A stretch of DNA of 63,868 bases, filler included, from Octopus bimaculoides (GCF_001194135.2; 3 parts of 3 records of this genome joined end to end with filler, not necessarily neighbours in it); one strand, 5' to 3'; positions 14,385 through 25,559 are shown, numbered from the whole stretch's first letter. Program-made: numbers and translations. The notes: generated by a model not told the origin, from the sequence alone.

Positions 14385-14840
14385 CACCTATGTGCCTAGC
14401 TAATCATGCTACCTGCATGTCCAGCTGGTCACAACACCTGTAAAATCAAGCTCATCATAACACCTGTATGTGCAGCTAATCATACTACCTGTATGTCCAG
14501 CTAGTCATGACACCTGTAAAATCAAGCTCATCATAACACCTGTATGTGCAGCTAATCATACTACCTGTATGTCCAGCTGGTCACAACACCTGTAAAATCA
14601 AGCTCATCATAACACCTGTATGTGCAGCTAATCATGACACCTGTATCCACACCTAATCATGGTACCTCTATATCCAGCTGATCACCACACCTGTACCCCA
14701 CATCTAACCATGCTACCTCAATGTCCAGCTGGTCACCATACCTGTACCTCACATCTAATTATGCTAACTCTACATCCAGCCAATCACAACATCTGTATGT
14801 CCAGTTGATCACGACAGTTGTGGTCATGACACCTGCAAGT
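14385..14840. repeat. Minisatellite of 25-26 bp monomers with a 76-bp three-monomer higher-order unit
   Basis: (TACCTGTATGTCCAGCTGGTCACAA CACCTGTAAAATCAAGCTCATCATAA CACCTGTATGTGCAGCTAATCATAC) x3, followed by diverged monomers. Confidence 0.9.
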
Positions 14841-15002
14841 AATTAACTATTTTTCTTCATCTTTCTCGATGTTTCTTCAGTGAATAACCCAGGTGTTTTC
14901 TACACCAACTACACACACCAATAGAAACTGATTGAAGCCTGAATCAATTAAAAATTCATTAATAGACACAGAGGGAGATGGGTTAATAACAACTGTGATT
15001 AA

Positions 15003-15008
15003 TTTATT
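15003..15008 (-). promoter_or_regulatory. Candidate polyadenylation signal for CTPS
   Basis: AATAAA on the minus strand about 540 nt after the stop. Position only; no transcript evidence. Confidence 0.3.
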
Positions 15009-15544
15009 CATTCATTTAGCAAAAGCAGGCTAAATTGTTAAGAGGGGGTTGGAAGGGAGGAGAGAGAGGAAGGGGTGGGGGCTGTTGATTGGGGCCATCC
15101 AAGCACATTACCAGCACTTACAAAAAAAAAAACATTTACCACTCCCTTTCTCTTACCCTTTTCTTTCCTCCTCCTTCCCTGAGAAGCACCTCTACCCCAC
15201 TCTCCACCACTGCCAATAATAATAATAATAATAATAGAAATTCTTTCCATCATAGACAGAGGACCTGGAATTTTGATGGGAAGGGGGTTGGGAAGGAGGG
15301 GCAGTCCATTACAGTGCCTAACTGGTACTAGCTTTGTCAATCCCCTCAAGGATGAAAGGTGAAGCTGACCCCAACAGAATTTCAACTCGCAAGGTAAAGA
15401 GCCAAAAATAATACCACAAGGCATTTACCTGACAAGCTAAGGATACTGCCAGCTTCTCAACTTGGGATAAAAATAATTTTCAAACGGAAGAATATACATA
15501 TATACAGGTTTATATAAAAACAGAATTATTAATTATTATTATTA

Positions 15545-15900
15545 TTATTCACTGTCAGTCCAACCATTCATAGCACCATTTGTTAAAATTCCATTCTCTT
15601 TAATAATTCCGTTCTCTGTGAGAATTCCATTCTCTTTGATGATACCGTTTTCTTTGATAATTCCATTCTCTCTGATAATTCCGTTCAGTTTCATGTTAAT
15701 CTTCCCTCTCACAGACTCACACAGTTCGTCTTCGAATTCGTCAGTGTAAGACATCTGCGAAGAGAATTGGTAGGCGTGTTTACAGAAGTTCTTCAGTTTG
15801 CCCGTCGCCGCTAGCAACAGACCGAGATAGGGAGGTGATGGTTTCAAAGGACGTGAGATGTACTCTGGATGGTACTGCACAGCCACATAGTATGGATGAT
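15545..15900 (-). CDS. CTPS1: CTP synthase terminal coding exon
   Basis: ttgcag|ATCATCCATAC... gives (D)[31 protein letters not shown], which carries the catalytic H-P-E. The stop TAA is at 15545-15547. Phase 1 matches the previous exon. Confidence 0.97.
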
Positions 15901-17177
15901 CTGCAACAAGAACAAGTCAATGGTATTAGACAATACTGCACGACCTATCAGACAAACTGACCCCCCGGGCCAGATCTGACATGGCTGAAGTCTGCCCCCC
16001 ACCACCACCAACTTCAGATTTCTAAATGAAACTTTGTATAAGCATGGCTGTGTGGTTAAGAAGCTTGTCTTCCAACCAAGGGATTTAAAGTTCATTCCTA
16101 CTAAGCAACACTTTGAGGAAACAGCCCACTGTGCTTTCAGGACAACCAATACCTTGAGAATGAATTTGGTAGATGGAAACTGTGTGCAAGCCTGTTGTGT
16201 GTGTCATCGTCATTTAACGCCCGCTTTCCATGCTAGAATGGGTTGGACGATTTGACTGAGGACTGGTGAAACCAGATGGCTACACCAGGCTCCAATCTGA
16301 TTTGGTAGAGTTTCTACAGCTGGATGCCCTTTCTAATGCCAACCACTCCGAGAGTGTAGTGGGTGCTTTTACATGCCACCGGCACGAAGGCCAGTCAGGC
16401 GGTACTGGTAACGGCCACGCTCAAAATGGTGTATTTTATGTGCCACCCGCACGTGTGTGTATACATGTACACACATATGTATATATACATACACATGTAT
16501 GCACATATATGTTCATACATATATGTGAAGGTGCATGGTTTAGTGGTTAGGGTGTTGCACTCACGATTACGAGATCATGGGTTCAATTCCCCGACCGAGC
16601 ATTGCATTGTATCCTTGAGCAAAGCACTTCATTTCACATTGCGCTGTGATCACTGACATCTGAGATGTGGCACCTGTACAGGTAAAGTCAATCTGAAGGC
16701 AGGAGTGAGCTTATGTCTACACAAACATTTGATCACTATAAACAAATCATGTGTGGTTGCTCGGTAAGAAATTGTCAAACCCTCATGTTGTCTAATGACG
16801 GGAGAGTCCGTCATATATACATCTTAGGTTGTCCAGAAAATACTATCCAATTCTTCAGAAACAGTTTTTTGAAATTTGATTTAAGGTGTCATTTTTGTAG
16901 AGATTTAGACGAAATTTTGCATGCTTAATAATTTATGTGTACACTTCAATAAATCTTTATTGATTTCTTTCAGACTATAAGTTTGAAATCCTTAATTTCA
17001 AACATGAAAAAAGAAATGCATTTACTTTTTTTTACATGAATTTAAATGCTGGAGGATTAATGCTGTCATTCTCCCCCCCAACTAATCACCTCATCATTAT
17101 ATCAAGCCACCACCACCACTACTACTACTACCACTACCATCAGGCCAATTCCTAAAATGGTAAGGAGAGAGACTGAC

Positions 17178-17274
17178 CTTCCAGTTCCATTACTTCCATT
17201 CTCTCTCCATCTTCACTCCGACCCCAAAACATCATTCCATGTTTCTCAAATTCTTCAACGTAAGCTGGGTTAAC
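17178..17274 (-). CDS. CTPS1: CTP synthase internal exon
   Basis: ttccag|GTTAACCCA...CTGGAAG|gtcagt, 97 nt, VNPAYVEEFEKHGMMFWGRSEDGERMEVMELE. Matches CTPS EVNP...GERMEI.EL. Confidence 0.96.
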
Positions 17275-18431
17275 CTGGAAAAGACGAAGAAATTGTGAAA
17301 ACATTAGTGGAATGGAGACTGTGCTGAAGCAGATCATGTGTGTATGTGCGTGTGTGTGTGTGTGTGTGCAGTTAAATATTTCACTTTGCAAGCACATGGT
17401 TCTACAGCTTCAGTTCCAGGGTTTTCTATTGCCCCAGGCCCACCAATGTGAACCCAGTAAGAGAATTTGGAACATAGAAACTGTGCGGAAGCCCATCGTG
17501 TATGCAAGCGAGTGAGCGAGTGAGAATGTGTAGGAGTGAGGGAGAATGTGCAGGAGTGAGTGCGAATGTGCATGCGAGTGAGTGAGAACATGCATGCAAG
17601 NNNNNNNNNNNNNNNNNNNNNNNNNNNNNNNNNNNNNNNNNNNNNNNNNNNNNNNNNNNNNNNNNNNNNNNNNNNNNNNNNNNNNNNNNNNNNNNNNNNN
17701 NNNNNNNNNNNNNNNNNNNNNNNNNNNNNNNNNNNNNNNNNNNNNNNNNNNNNNNNNNNNNNNNNNNNNNNNNNNNNNNNNNNNNNNNNNNNNNNNNNNN
17801 NNNNNNNNNNNNNNNNNNNNNNNNNNNNNNNNNNNNNNNNNNNNNNNNNNNNNNNNNNNNNNNNNNNNNNNNNNNNNNNNNNNNNNNNNNNNNNNNNNNN
17901 NNNNNNNNNNNNNNNNNNNNNNNNNNNNNNNNNNNNNNNNNNNNNNNNNNNNNNNNNNNNNNNNNNNNNNNNNNNNNNNNNNNNNNNNNNNNNNNNNNNN
18001 NNNNNNNNNNNNNNNNNNNNNNNNNNNNNNNNNNNNNNNNNNNNNNNNNNNNNNNNNNNNNNNNNNNNNNNNNNNNNNNNNNNNNNNNNNNNNNNNNNNN
18101 NNNNNNNNNNNNNNNNNNNNNNNNNNNNNNNNNNNNNNNNNNNNNNNNNNNNNNNNNNNNNNNNNNNNNNNNNNNNNNNNNNNNNNNNNNNNNNNNNNNN
18201 NNNNNNNNNNNNNNNNNNNNNNNNNNNNNNNNNNNNNNNNNNNNNNNNNNNNNNNNNNNNNNNNNNNNNNNNNNNNNNNNNNNNNNNNNNNNNNNNNNNN
18301 NNNNNNNNNNNNNNNNNNNNNNNNNNNNNNNNNNNNNNNNNNNNNNNNNNNNNNNNNNNNNNNNNNNNNNNNNNNNNNNNNNNNNNNNNNNNNNNNNNNN
18401 NNNNNNNNNNNNNNNNNNNNNNNNNNNNNNA

Positions 18432-18625
18432 ACACACCAACACCGGTTGTCAAGTAGTGTAGTGGTGATGGGACAAACACATACAAACACACACACAAGT
18501 GACAGCCTTTATTCAGTCAGTTTCCATCTACCACAAGGCTTTGGTCATCCCGAGACAATTGCAGAAGACACTTGCCCAAGGTGCCATGCAGTAGATCTGA
18601 ACTCAGAACCATCAAGCTGGGAAGT
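18432..18625 (-). mobile_element. SINE family A, partial, minus orientation
   Basis: AGAAGACACTTGCCCAAGGTGCCATGCAGT motif, in reverse orientation relative to 19521. Confidence 0.8.
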
Positions 18626-18691
<66 letters not shown>

Positions 18692-18951
18692 TGAAGTTTC
18701 TACAAAATCTAAACACACACGAATACTCTGCCACCCTCACAACACACACACACACACACACACAAATGCTATTTTGAAGCTACAGTTGAATTAAAAAAAA
18801 ATGCCATAATGTATAGCACAATAACTCAACCTTTAATGCTACTTAATTACCAATAACAACCCAAGCTGGTCAAAGAATCTTTATTTCTATGCAGGACTAA
18901 TGATTGATTGTAGAGCTGATTAACAACAACAAAACCGAAAAGTCAACTTAC

Positions 18952-19048
18952 TTGTGATTGATTTATTGCTTCTGAAGATCGTTTTCCTTTTTCCCAGTCG
19001 CATTGTTCCTCCCAATTTACCAGGATTGTGCTCCGGCATTTCAATAAC
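18952..19048 (-). CDS. CTPS1: CTP synthase internal exon (MPEH...GGTMRLG)
   Basis: tttag|GTTATTGAAATG...ATCACAA|gtaagt, 97 nt, [32 protein letters not shown]. Joins in phase 0 with the 20636-20742 exon. Confidence 0.97.
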
Positions 19049-19107
19049 CTAAATAAGATAAAGAATCATATGGTAACAAACTGTATGACATCATTACTAA
19101 ATAAAGA

Positions 19108-19329
19108 TTAACCCGTTAGTGTTTAAACTGGCCATATCCGGCTCAAATATTCCAGCTGTTTTATGTTCAAACAGCCGTATCCAGCCTCTTAGACCTACCC
19201 CTAATATGTCCTAAAACTAAAACACACCATTGAAGTCTTAAAGCTACAAGATAATGCATGATTAATTCAAAGCAATATGAATAAATAAGCATTACATTTG
19301 ACAGAAAATTCTTAATGTTAAAGGGTTAA
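19108..19329 (-). mobile_element. TTAA-flanked MITE of the same family, 60 nt from a CTPS acceptor
   Basis: TTAACCCGTTAGTGTTT...AATGTTAAAGGGTTAA; reverse complement of the 42559 copy. Confidence 0.75.
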
Positions 19330-19520
19330 AGAACTCGGCATCATTACTAAATATTGATCAAAGAATTTTATTGCATCATTACCCAATAATAAACAAAGAA
19401 TTTTATGCACCAAATTGTATAGCATCATTACCAAAATAACTTCCAATGAATTCTATGCCGTCATTACCAAAAAATAAACAAAGAATCACAAGGTGTCATT
19501 ATCAAATAATCATAAACAAT

Positions 19521-19683
19521 GGCGTAGGAGTGGGTGTGTGGTAAGTAGCTTGCATACCAACCACATGGTCCTGGGTTCAGGCCCACTGCGTGGCATCTTG
19601 GGCAAGTGTCTTCTACTATAGCCTCGGGCCGACCAAAGCCTTGTGAGTGGATTTGGTAGACGGAAACTGAAAGAAGCCCGTCA

Positions 19684-19724
<41 letters not shown>

Positions 19725-19925
19725 ATGTGTTTGTGTGTCTGTCCCCCCAACATCGCTTGACAACCGATGCTGGTGTGTTTATGTCCCTGTAACTTAGCGG
19801 TTCAGCAAAAGAGACCGATAGAATAAGTACTAGGCTGCTAAAGAATAAGTCCTGGGGTCGATTTGCTCGATTAAAGGTGGTGCTCCAGCATGGCCAGTCA
19901 AAAGACTGAAACAAGTAAAAGAGTA
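19521..19925 (+). mobile_element. tRNA-derived SINE, family A, full length
   Basis: tRNA-like head with A/B boxes (GTGTGGTAAG...GGTTCAGGCCC), an internal (TA)n(TG)n tract, and a 3' end GACTGAAACAAGTAAAAGAGT. Confidence 0.9.
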
Positions 19926-20198
19926 ATGGTGTCACAGATGGTGAAAAGCATCGACAATGTACCATTTTTGTTTCTTGTGTTCCTCTATGTTCATCAAAAT
20001 GAAATTACACCAGAAGAGTCAATGTTGCCATTTAACCTTCCAGATTTATATACCATATAAATATCAGGAACAAACTAGAGCTCATTTGATCAATTCTACT
20101 CCACACACTTCTCATAGAATTTTGCTCTTCTGGGAGTTGATGCCATACGCTCGTATCAAATAGACCGTATTCTTTTTTTGTCATCATTATTATTAATA

Positions 20199-20420
20199 AG
20201 GCAGAGAAATGGCAGAATTGTTAGCGCATTGGACAAAATCCGTAGCAGTATTTCGCCTGTCACTGCATTCTGAGTTCAAACTCCACCAAGGTCAACTTTG
20301 CCTTTTATCCTTTCGGGGTCAATAAATGAAGTACCAGTGAAAAAATGGGGTCAATGTCATCAACTAGTCTCCTCCCCCATATTTCAGGCCTTCAGCCTTT
20401 AGTAGAAAGGATTACTATTA
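20199..20420 (+). mobile_element. tRNA-derived SINE, family B (CORE-like)
   Basis: GGCAGAATTGTTAGC...GAGTTCAAACTCC...TTTGCCTTTTATCCTTTCGGGGTCAATAAATGAAGTACCAG. Reverse copies lie at about 6420-6505, 7275-7420 and 15300-15460 (the last within the putative CTPS 3' UTR). Confidence 0.75.
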
Positions 20421-20635
20421 ATATTAATAAAAAGGTGAAGGCAGTAAGCTGTCGTGCGGGGCAAAATGCTTTGCGGCATCACATCTGATTTTGCAGGGTT
20501 CAAATGCTGCCTTTCGTCTTTCTGAGGGTCGATAAAAAAAGGACCAGCTGAACTTCGTAAGGTATGTATAAGGCTGCAGGGTATGCGTAAAAAGAAACGG
20601 TTGAGTGCGTGAAGTAATTTAGGGAGTCAACATAC

Positions 20636-20742
20636 CACAGGAGATGTTGTGTCAGGATTAAATTCAGTAGAACTGGCATCTTCCATTCCAAGAACGTTGC
20701 GAGCAAATTCAACAACAGAACATTGTAGGCCAAGACAAATAC
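20636..20742 (-). CDS. CTPS1: CTP synthase internal exon carrying the glutaminase nucleophile Cys
   Basis: Minus strand: tttcag|GT ATT TGT CTT GGC...CCT GTG|gtatg, 107 nt, translating to (G)[35 protein letters not shown]. This matches CTPS G-x-C-L-G-x-Q...EFARNV...STEF. Canonical AG/GT sites. Confidence 0.97.
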
Positions 20743-20960
20743 CTGAAATGAAATTGAGGAGACATAAAAGAAAGAAAAACATTAACATTCTGCCTGCATT
20801 TGTTCAACACAAAATGGTTTTCTCATCACAACACTTACACAACTGGTGCATCCATGTATATATGCATGGGCAGAAATGCATTTTGTTCCTTTATTTCAAG
20901 GCTGAGGTTTCACTTCATTGCAACTGTGGGCTTCCACACTCACTCACATACATACATACA

Positions 20961-21150
20961 CTCTTTTACACGCTTCAGTCATTTGACTGTGGTCATGCTG
21001 GAGCAAAGAAATCGGCCCCAGGACTTATTCTTTGTAAGCTTAGTACTTATTCCATCAATCTCTTTTGTCCAACTGCTAGGTTTTGGGGTCATAAACACAC
21101 CAACATCAGTTGTTAAGCAATGGCGGTGGGGAACAAACAGACACAAACAA

Positions 21151-21222
<72 letters not shown>

Positions 21223-21373
21223 GCTTCTTTCAGTTTCTGTCTACCAAATCTACTTACATGGCTTTGGTCAGTCCAAGGCTATAGAAGACACTTGCCCAAG
21301 GTGCCACGCAGTGGGACTGAACCCAGAACTATGTGGTTGGAAAGCTAGCTTCTTACCACACAGCCACACCTAC
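20961..21373 (-). mobile_element. SINE family A, full length, minus orientation
   Basis: Reverse complement of the 19521 copy. Confidence 0.9.
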
Positions 21374-21428
21374 AAAACAATTACGAAGAATATGGTACCT
21401 GCCTGGATGAATTATCTCTATATTCTCA

Positions 21429-21469
<41 letters not shown>

Positions 21470-22270
21470 GTTTAACGTCTGCCTTCGGACATGATTGAGA
21501 CGGCTTCACAGGAGCCGATCAGGCAGAAGCCTGTACCAGACTTCTGTGACTTTTTGCAGGAGTTCTACAGCTCGATGCCCTTCCTAACACCAATCACTCA
21601 GCATAGCTTTTTACATGGCATGGGCCATGACTGCTGACGACATGCTTGCAAGGAATGAAGCCAGTATACCCCGCTGGATGTGTAATGTCAGTGTGCATGC
21701 ACGACAGAGTGTAAGCGCCCTGAGAGAAAAGTTGTATTTAAGAAGCATCAGGTGAGGCGTGCAAGAGAGATGACTGCACTGGTATGGACATGTGTTGCGA
21801 AAGAATGAGGACAGCTGTGTGAAAAAGTGCCACACCCTAGCAGTTGAGGGAACCTGTGGAAGAGGTAGACCCAGGAAAACCTGGGATGAGGTGATGAAGC
21901 ATGACCNNNNNNNNNNAGAGGTAGACCCAGGAAAACCTGGGATGAGGTGATGAAGCATGACCTTCAAACATTGGGCCTAGTGACCGAGACCATTGGAGAT
22001 ATGCTGTGCTTGAGAAGACCCAACAAACCAAGTGAGACGATGGCCTATGCCAGTGGGTGTAACCAGCCCACTTATGAATACGCCTCATTCATTGAACAAT
22101 AAACTTTGCTTGCGAAGACCTACTAAGGTAAGTGAAATCAAAATCGCTGATGTGGCTGATGACCGTTTCGCCTGATTGGCACTTGTGCCAGTGGAACGTT
22201 AAAAGCACATCCGAACATAGGGTGTAACCAGCCCACTCTTCATTCATTGAACAATGAACTTTGCTTGCCC
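21470..22270. mobile_element. 5'-truncated copy of the 35450-39420 RTE family with an inverted segment
   Basis: 21640-22250 (+) matches 38530-38900 and the 3' UTR. 21470-21620 is the reverse complement of a 3' terminus. Confidence 0.8.
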
Positions 22271-22284
22271 ATGACAGCGAGAGG

Positions 22285-22426
22285 CAGAGGGAGGAGGCAA
22301 ACAGAGCGAGAGGGAGGAGACAAACCGAGCGAGAGGGAGGAGACAAACAGAGCGAGAGGGAGGAGACAAACCGAGCGAGAGGGAGGAGACAAACAGAGCG
22401 AGAGGGAGGAGACAAACCGAGCGAGA
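22285..22426. repeat. 23-bp purine-rich tandem repeat running into a scaffold join
   Basis: (A/C)GAGCGAGAGGGAGGAGACAAAC, with the first base alternating strictly A/C. Confidence 0.9.
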
Positions 22427-22526
22427 NNNNNNNNNNNNNNNNNNNNNNNNNNNNNNNNNNNNNNNNNNNNTTAATTAATTAANNNNNNNNNNNNNNNNNN
22501 NNNNNNNNNNNNNNNNNNNNNNNNNN
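22427..22526. other. Scaffold-join spacer (44 N + TTAATTAATTAA + 44 N)
   Basis: An exactly 100-bp symmetric construct, with an identical one at 45820-45919. The 12-mer has stops in all six frames. Confidence 0.9.
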
Positions 22527-23659
22527 TATATATATATATATGTATGTATGTATATGTATGTGTATGTATATATAGTTAATTAAGAAAATAGAGAAAAAGA
22601 CAAGAAAAACTTACACGAGGATATAACACATGCAAAGTATTAATAAGATGCACAGAGAAGAAAAGAGTAGTGGTTTTATGTTTTGAGTATAGCACTTCTT
22701 CGGAAACCGGAGACGTAGGAAAGACCAAAAGAAAAGGACGAAGGAGGAAAATATCACAAACAGTCCACATGTAGTTACATGTTTGAAATGACTGGAAGTA
22801 GATGGGCAAAGAGAAAGTGCTCTCTGGGACAGAGGAATGTGAAGAATGGTCAGTATGTGTGTGGGGGGATGGTGTGTGCATATGTGTGATGGCATGTGTG
22901 TGTGTGTGTATGGCAGTAACTGAGTGTGTGCATGTGTGTGTGGTATATATATATGTATATATATATATATTGCGGACAATGCCAAATTCAACATATTGAT
23001 GGCTGACCTCTTCAGAGTAATGCAAAATGTCTCCTGCATGTGCGACCCTACAGAATTAAAGNNNNNNNNNNNNNNNNNNNNNNNNNNNNNNNNNNNNNNN
23101 NNNNNNNNNNNNNNNNNNNNNNNNNNNNNNNNNNNNNNNNNNNNNNNNNNNNNNNNNNNNNATTGTTTTGAGCCCACCTTGCGGTGGGGTCTCTTTATAT
23201 AGTTTTATTGAATGTGTAGGGCTGGAGAGAGAGATATATAGGATAGTAAGAGAGGGTGAGGAATATATATATATATAGGCACAGGAGTGGCTGTGTGGTA
23301 AGTAGCTTTCTTGCCAACCACATGGTTCTGGGTTCATTATGTATATACATGTGTATAGAGTGTTAGGTGTGATGTACAGAATGGAATATTGAAAAAAAAA
23401 AGTCGTCAGAATTTTGGAAGAAAACCTTTTATTTCTTCATTATTATTAGCCCTTTCGTTCCATCTAGAACTTGTCAAATACAATTTCATGAATGTACAAA
23501 CAGCTTGCTCATTTATATAAAACAGATGTTTTTTAGGTGTTTTGTTTCGAAGAGAACATTGTTTTTTTTTTGTTTTTTTTTTGAGTGAGGTTCCAAGATG
23601 GATAGATAAAAATATATGTAGGTATATAGTCTGATTGATTGATAGATAGATGGATGGAT

Positions 23660-24465
23660 ATGTTTCTTTATTGCCCACATAGGGCTGAACACAGATGGGA
23701 CAAAATACAAAGTAGAGCTTTTCTTTTGGGGAAGAAGAAGAGAAAAAACAAGTGGGTCCAATTTCGATCAAAAGGGATTTTAGAAAAAAAAAGGTCAATC
23801 AATAGGGACCATGTATCACAAAAATGTCAATGTAAAAAGGGAAAACAGATTAGGTTTATCCATGGAAAGAAAAGCCTTGGGCAATAATGTCATGCAAAAA
23901 AATCACATACCAGTAAGTGACTCTTTTTTCCTTTCTTTTTTTGGTTTATAGGATTATGCTCAAGGTGGCTCTGTCATTCACACGTGGCATCCTTGCTACA
24001 TTCACCCATCTTTTTTGAAACATACACTAGACAAAACTTCCTTCTCTATTCTCACCTTCCTCTTCAGGTGATATTTGAAGAAGTTGATGAGAGATTTACC
24101 AGAGAAGGAAGTGTTTGTCTCTAGACCTTTCAGATGCATGCACTATACACATTCTTTTGCCATAGCCACAAGTACGATGAAAATGGCTCTTCCTTCCCAT
24201 TTCAAGGAAGGAGGCACGACAATATTCACAATAGACTCGGTTGATAAACTGGCTCGCCCCACATGCAATAGCAGTCGTTCGACATAGGCCCACAGGTTGG
24301 AAATGGTTGGACACTGTACGAGTGTGTGCAGAACGGTTTCATCACTCTGACCACATCTCGGGCAGGTCAGCCCTGTGTTTCTTGAGCCATGCCTCTAGAG
24401 CTTATCCCGAATGGGTAGTACTTCCAGGCTAGGTATCTCTGGAAGTTGTCCATAGGTCCCAGCCC

Positions 24466-24466
<1 letters not shown>
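23660..24466 (-). mobile_element. L1/Tx1-clade LINE, 5'-truncated (zf-RVT, C-terminus and 3' UTR)
   Basis: My translation gives LAWKYY..PIRDKL*RHG..TCPRCGQSDETVLHTLVQCPTISNLW, the CxxC..E...HxxxxC zinc knuckle. The 3' UTR ends in AATAAA followed by (TATC)n. Confidence 0.82.
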
Positions 24467-24525
<59 letters not shown>

Positions 24526-24569
24526 GGATGGGTGGATGGATGAATGGATGGATGAATGGGTGGATGGAT

Positions 24570-24788
24570 GGATGGATAACTTTCTTTTTTTATTGGCCAC
24601 ACAGGGCTGAACACAGAGAGGACAAATACAAATGTAGAGCTTTTCTTTTCGAAAATGAAAAAGAAAAGGAGAGAAAGGAAGAAAACAATGTAAAATTCCA
24701 ATCAAAAGGGATCGAGGAAAAAAAAACAATCAAAAGGGTTCGTGTATCATAGAAGAATTTTTAAAATGTAAAAAGCAAGATTAGGTTT
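24570..24788 (-). mobile_element. Second L1/Tx1 3' UTR copy running into a gap
   Basis: Aligns by eye with 23660-23860 (TATTGCCCACATAGGGCTGAACACAGA...GTAGAGCTTTTCTTTT...AAAAGGGAT...ATTAGGTTT). Confidence 0.75.
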
Positions 24789-25559
24789 NNNNNNNNNNNN
24801 NNNNNNNNNNNNNNNNNNNNNNNNNNNNNNNNNNNNNNNNNNNNNNNNNNNNNNNNNNNNNNNNNNNNNNNNNNNNNNNNNNNNNNNNNNNNNNNNNNNN
24901 NNNNNNNNNNNNNNNNNNNNNNNNNNNNNNNNNNNNNNNNNNNNNNNNNNNNNNNNNNNNNNNNNNNNNNNNNNNNNNNNNNNNNNNNNNNNNNNNNNNN
25001 NNNNNNNNNNNNNNNNNNNNNNNNNNNNNNNNNNNNNNNNNNNNNNNNNNNNNNNNNNNNNNNNNNNNNNNNNNNNNNNNNNNNNNNNNNNNNNNNNNNN
25101 NNNNNNNNNNNNNNNNNNNNNNNNNNNNNNNNNNNNNNNNNNNNNNNNNNNNNNNNNNNNNNNNNNNNNNNNNNNNNNNNNNNNNNNNNNNNNNNNNNNN
25201 NNNNNNNNNNNNNNNNNNNNNNNNNNNNNNNNNNNNNNNNNNNNNNNNNNNNNNNNNNNNNNNNNNNNNNNNNNNNNNNNNNNNNNNNNNNNNNNNNNNN
25301 NNNNNNNNNNNNNNNNNNNNNNNNNNNNNNNNNNNNNNNNNNNNNNNNNNNNNNNNNNNNNNNNNNNNNNNNNNNNNNNNNNNNNNNNNNNNNNNNNNNN
25401 NNNNNNNNNNNNNNNNNNNNNNNNNNNNNNNNNNNNNNNNNNNNNNNNNNNNNNNNNNNNNNNNNNNNNNNNNNNNNNNNNNNNNNNNNNNNNNNNNNNN
25501 NNNNNNNNNNNNNNNNNNNNNNNNNNNNNNNNNNGGTGTAGTTGGGAATATGTCCATGT

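Noticed and set aside
14385-14840. Regularly spaced repeats as a possible CRISPR array
   Set aside because: Contiguous tandem monomers with no unique spacers, no cas genes, and a eukaryotic context.
19521-19600. tRNA-like A/B boxes (many copies)
   Set aside because: They are SINE heads with no cloverleaf or acceptor stem, each followed by a SINE body.
21861-21963. Exact ~46-bp duplication on both sides of a 10-N gap
   Set aside because: Typical unmerged contig overlap.
22471-22482. TTAATTAATTAA inside N runs (also 45864-45875)
   Set aside because: Symmetric 44N-12-44N construct: an assembly spacer, not biology.
22975-23061. Possible minus-strand exon (VAHAGDILHYSEE) next to a gap
   Set aside because: Not CTPS-like, weak donor, and it resembles repeat-derived sequence.
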